In this document: piece after piece, positions 63,408-64,000 of the stretch | Position numbering within the stretch: position 1 is the first letter of the stretch | How the letters are laid out: each line of letters opens with the position of its first letter | DNA from: Octopus sinensis | Lineage: Eukaryota | Length of the DNA stretch: 64,000 nt | Assembly (NCBI RefSeq): GCF_006345805.1 | Contig: NC_043004.1 | Coordinates: 81,282,001 to 81,346,000, forward strand | Direction: 5' to 3' | Position numbers and translations under genes: made by a program | Notes under the pieces: model-generated | Told to the model about the DNA's origin: nothing | What the model saw: the letters and a program-made list of their open reading frames with translations, nothing else | Database searches by the model: none

Positions 63408-64000
63408 ATATATGCAAATTGTATATAGGTATGTAAATATATGCAAATTGTATATAGGTATGCAAATATATGCAAATTGTATATAGGTATGTAAATATAT
63501 GCAAATTGTATATAGGTATGTAAATATATGCAAATTGTATATAGGTATGTAAATATATGCAAATTGTATATAGGTATGTAAATATATGCAAATTGCATAT
63601 AGGTATGTAAATATATGTAAATTGCATATAGGTATGTAAATATATGCAAATTGCATATAGGTATGTAAATATAGGCAAATTGCATATAGGTATGTAAATA
63701 TATGCAAATTGCATATAGGTATGTAAATATATGCAAATTGCATATAGGTATGTAAATATATGCAAATTGCATATAGGTATGTAAATATATGCAAATTGCA
63801 TATAGGTATGTAAATATATACAAATTGCATATAGGTATGTAAATATATACAAATTGCATATAGGTATGTAAATTTATACAAATTGCATATAGGTATGTAA
63901 ATATATACAAATTGCTTATATGTATGTAAATATATACAAACTGCATATATGTATGTAAATATATACAAACTGCATATATGTATGTAAATATATACAAACC
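63408..64000. repeat. 29-bp tandem minisatellite (~20 units, runs off the window)
   Basis: Unit TATATGCAAATTG(T/C)ATATAGGTATGTAAA. Confidence 0.95.

Overview
Eukaryotic, AT-rich, microsatellite-saturated genomic DNA. The SINE families and repeat landscape suggest an Octopus genome (inference). The only host gene recognised is a minus-strand coding exon at 1-483 that is clearly homologous to the giant E3 ligase HERC1; it is absent from the ORF track because it runs off the window edge. I found no other HERC1 exon, so the rest appears to be intron or intergenic DNA, with a 100-N scaffold gap at 25147-25246. It is filled with three tRNA-derived SINE families, LINE fragments (RTE, CR1, R4/Dong-type, Tx1/L1), Penelope-like terminal repeats carrying hammerhead ribozyme motifs, mariner, DD41D, hAT and Helitron remnants, and simple repeats. 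The most interesting structure is at 53.0-58.6 kb: three head-to-tail ~1.8-1.9 kb retroelements from two diverged subfamilies. Each encodes only a gag/ORF1-like CCHC zinc-knuckle protein with an extra C-terminal domain and no RT or endonuclease, and each ends in the same 3' tail as one of the local SINE families. This looks like a non-autonomous 'half-LINE' system parasitising a Tx1/L1-type LINE. Family assignments are from motif recognition by eye, not database searches. Most long ORFs in the supplied track are microsatellite translations.
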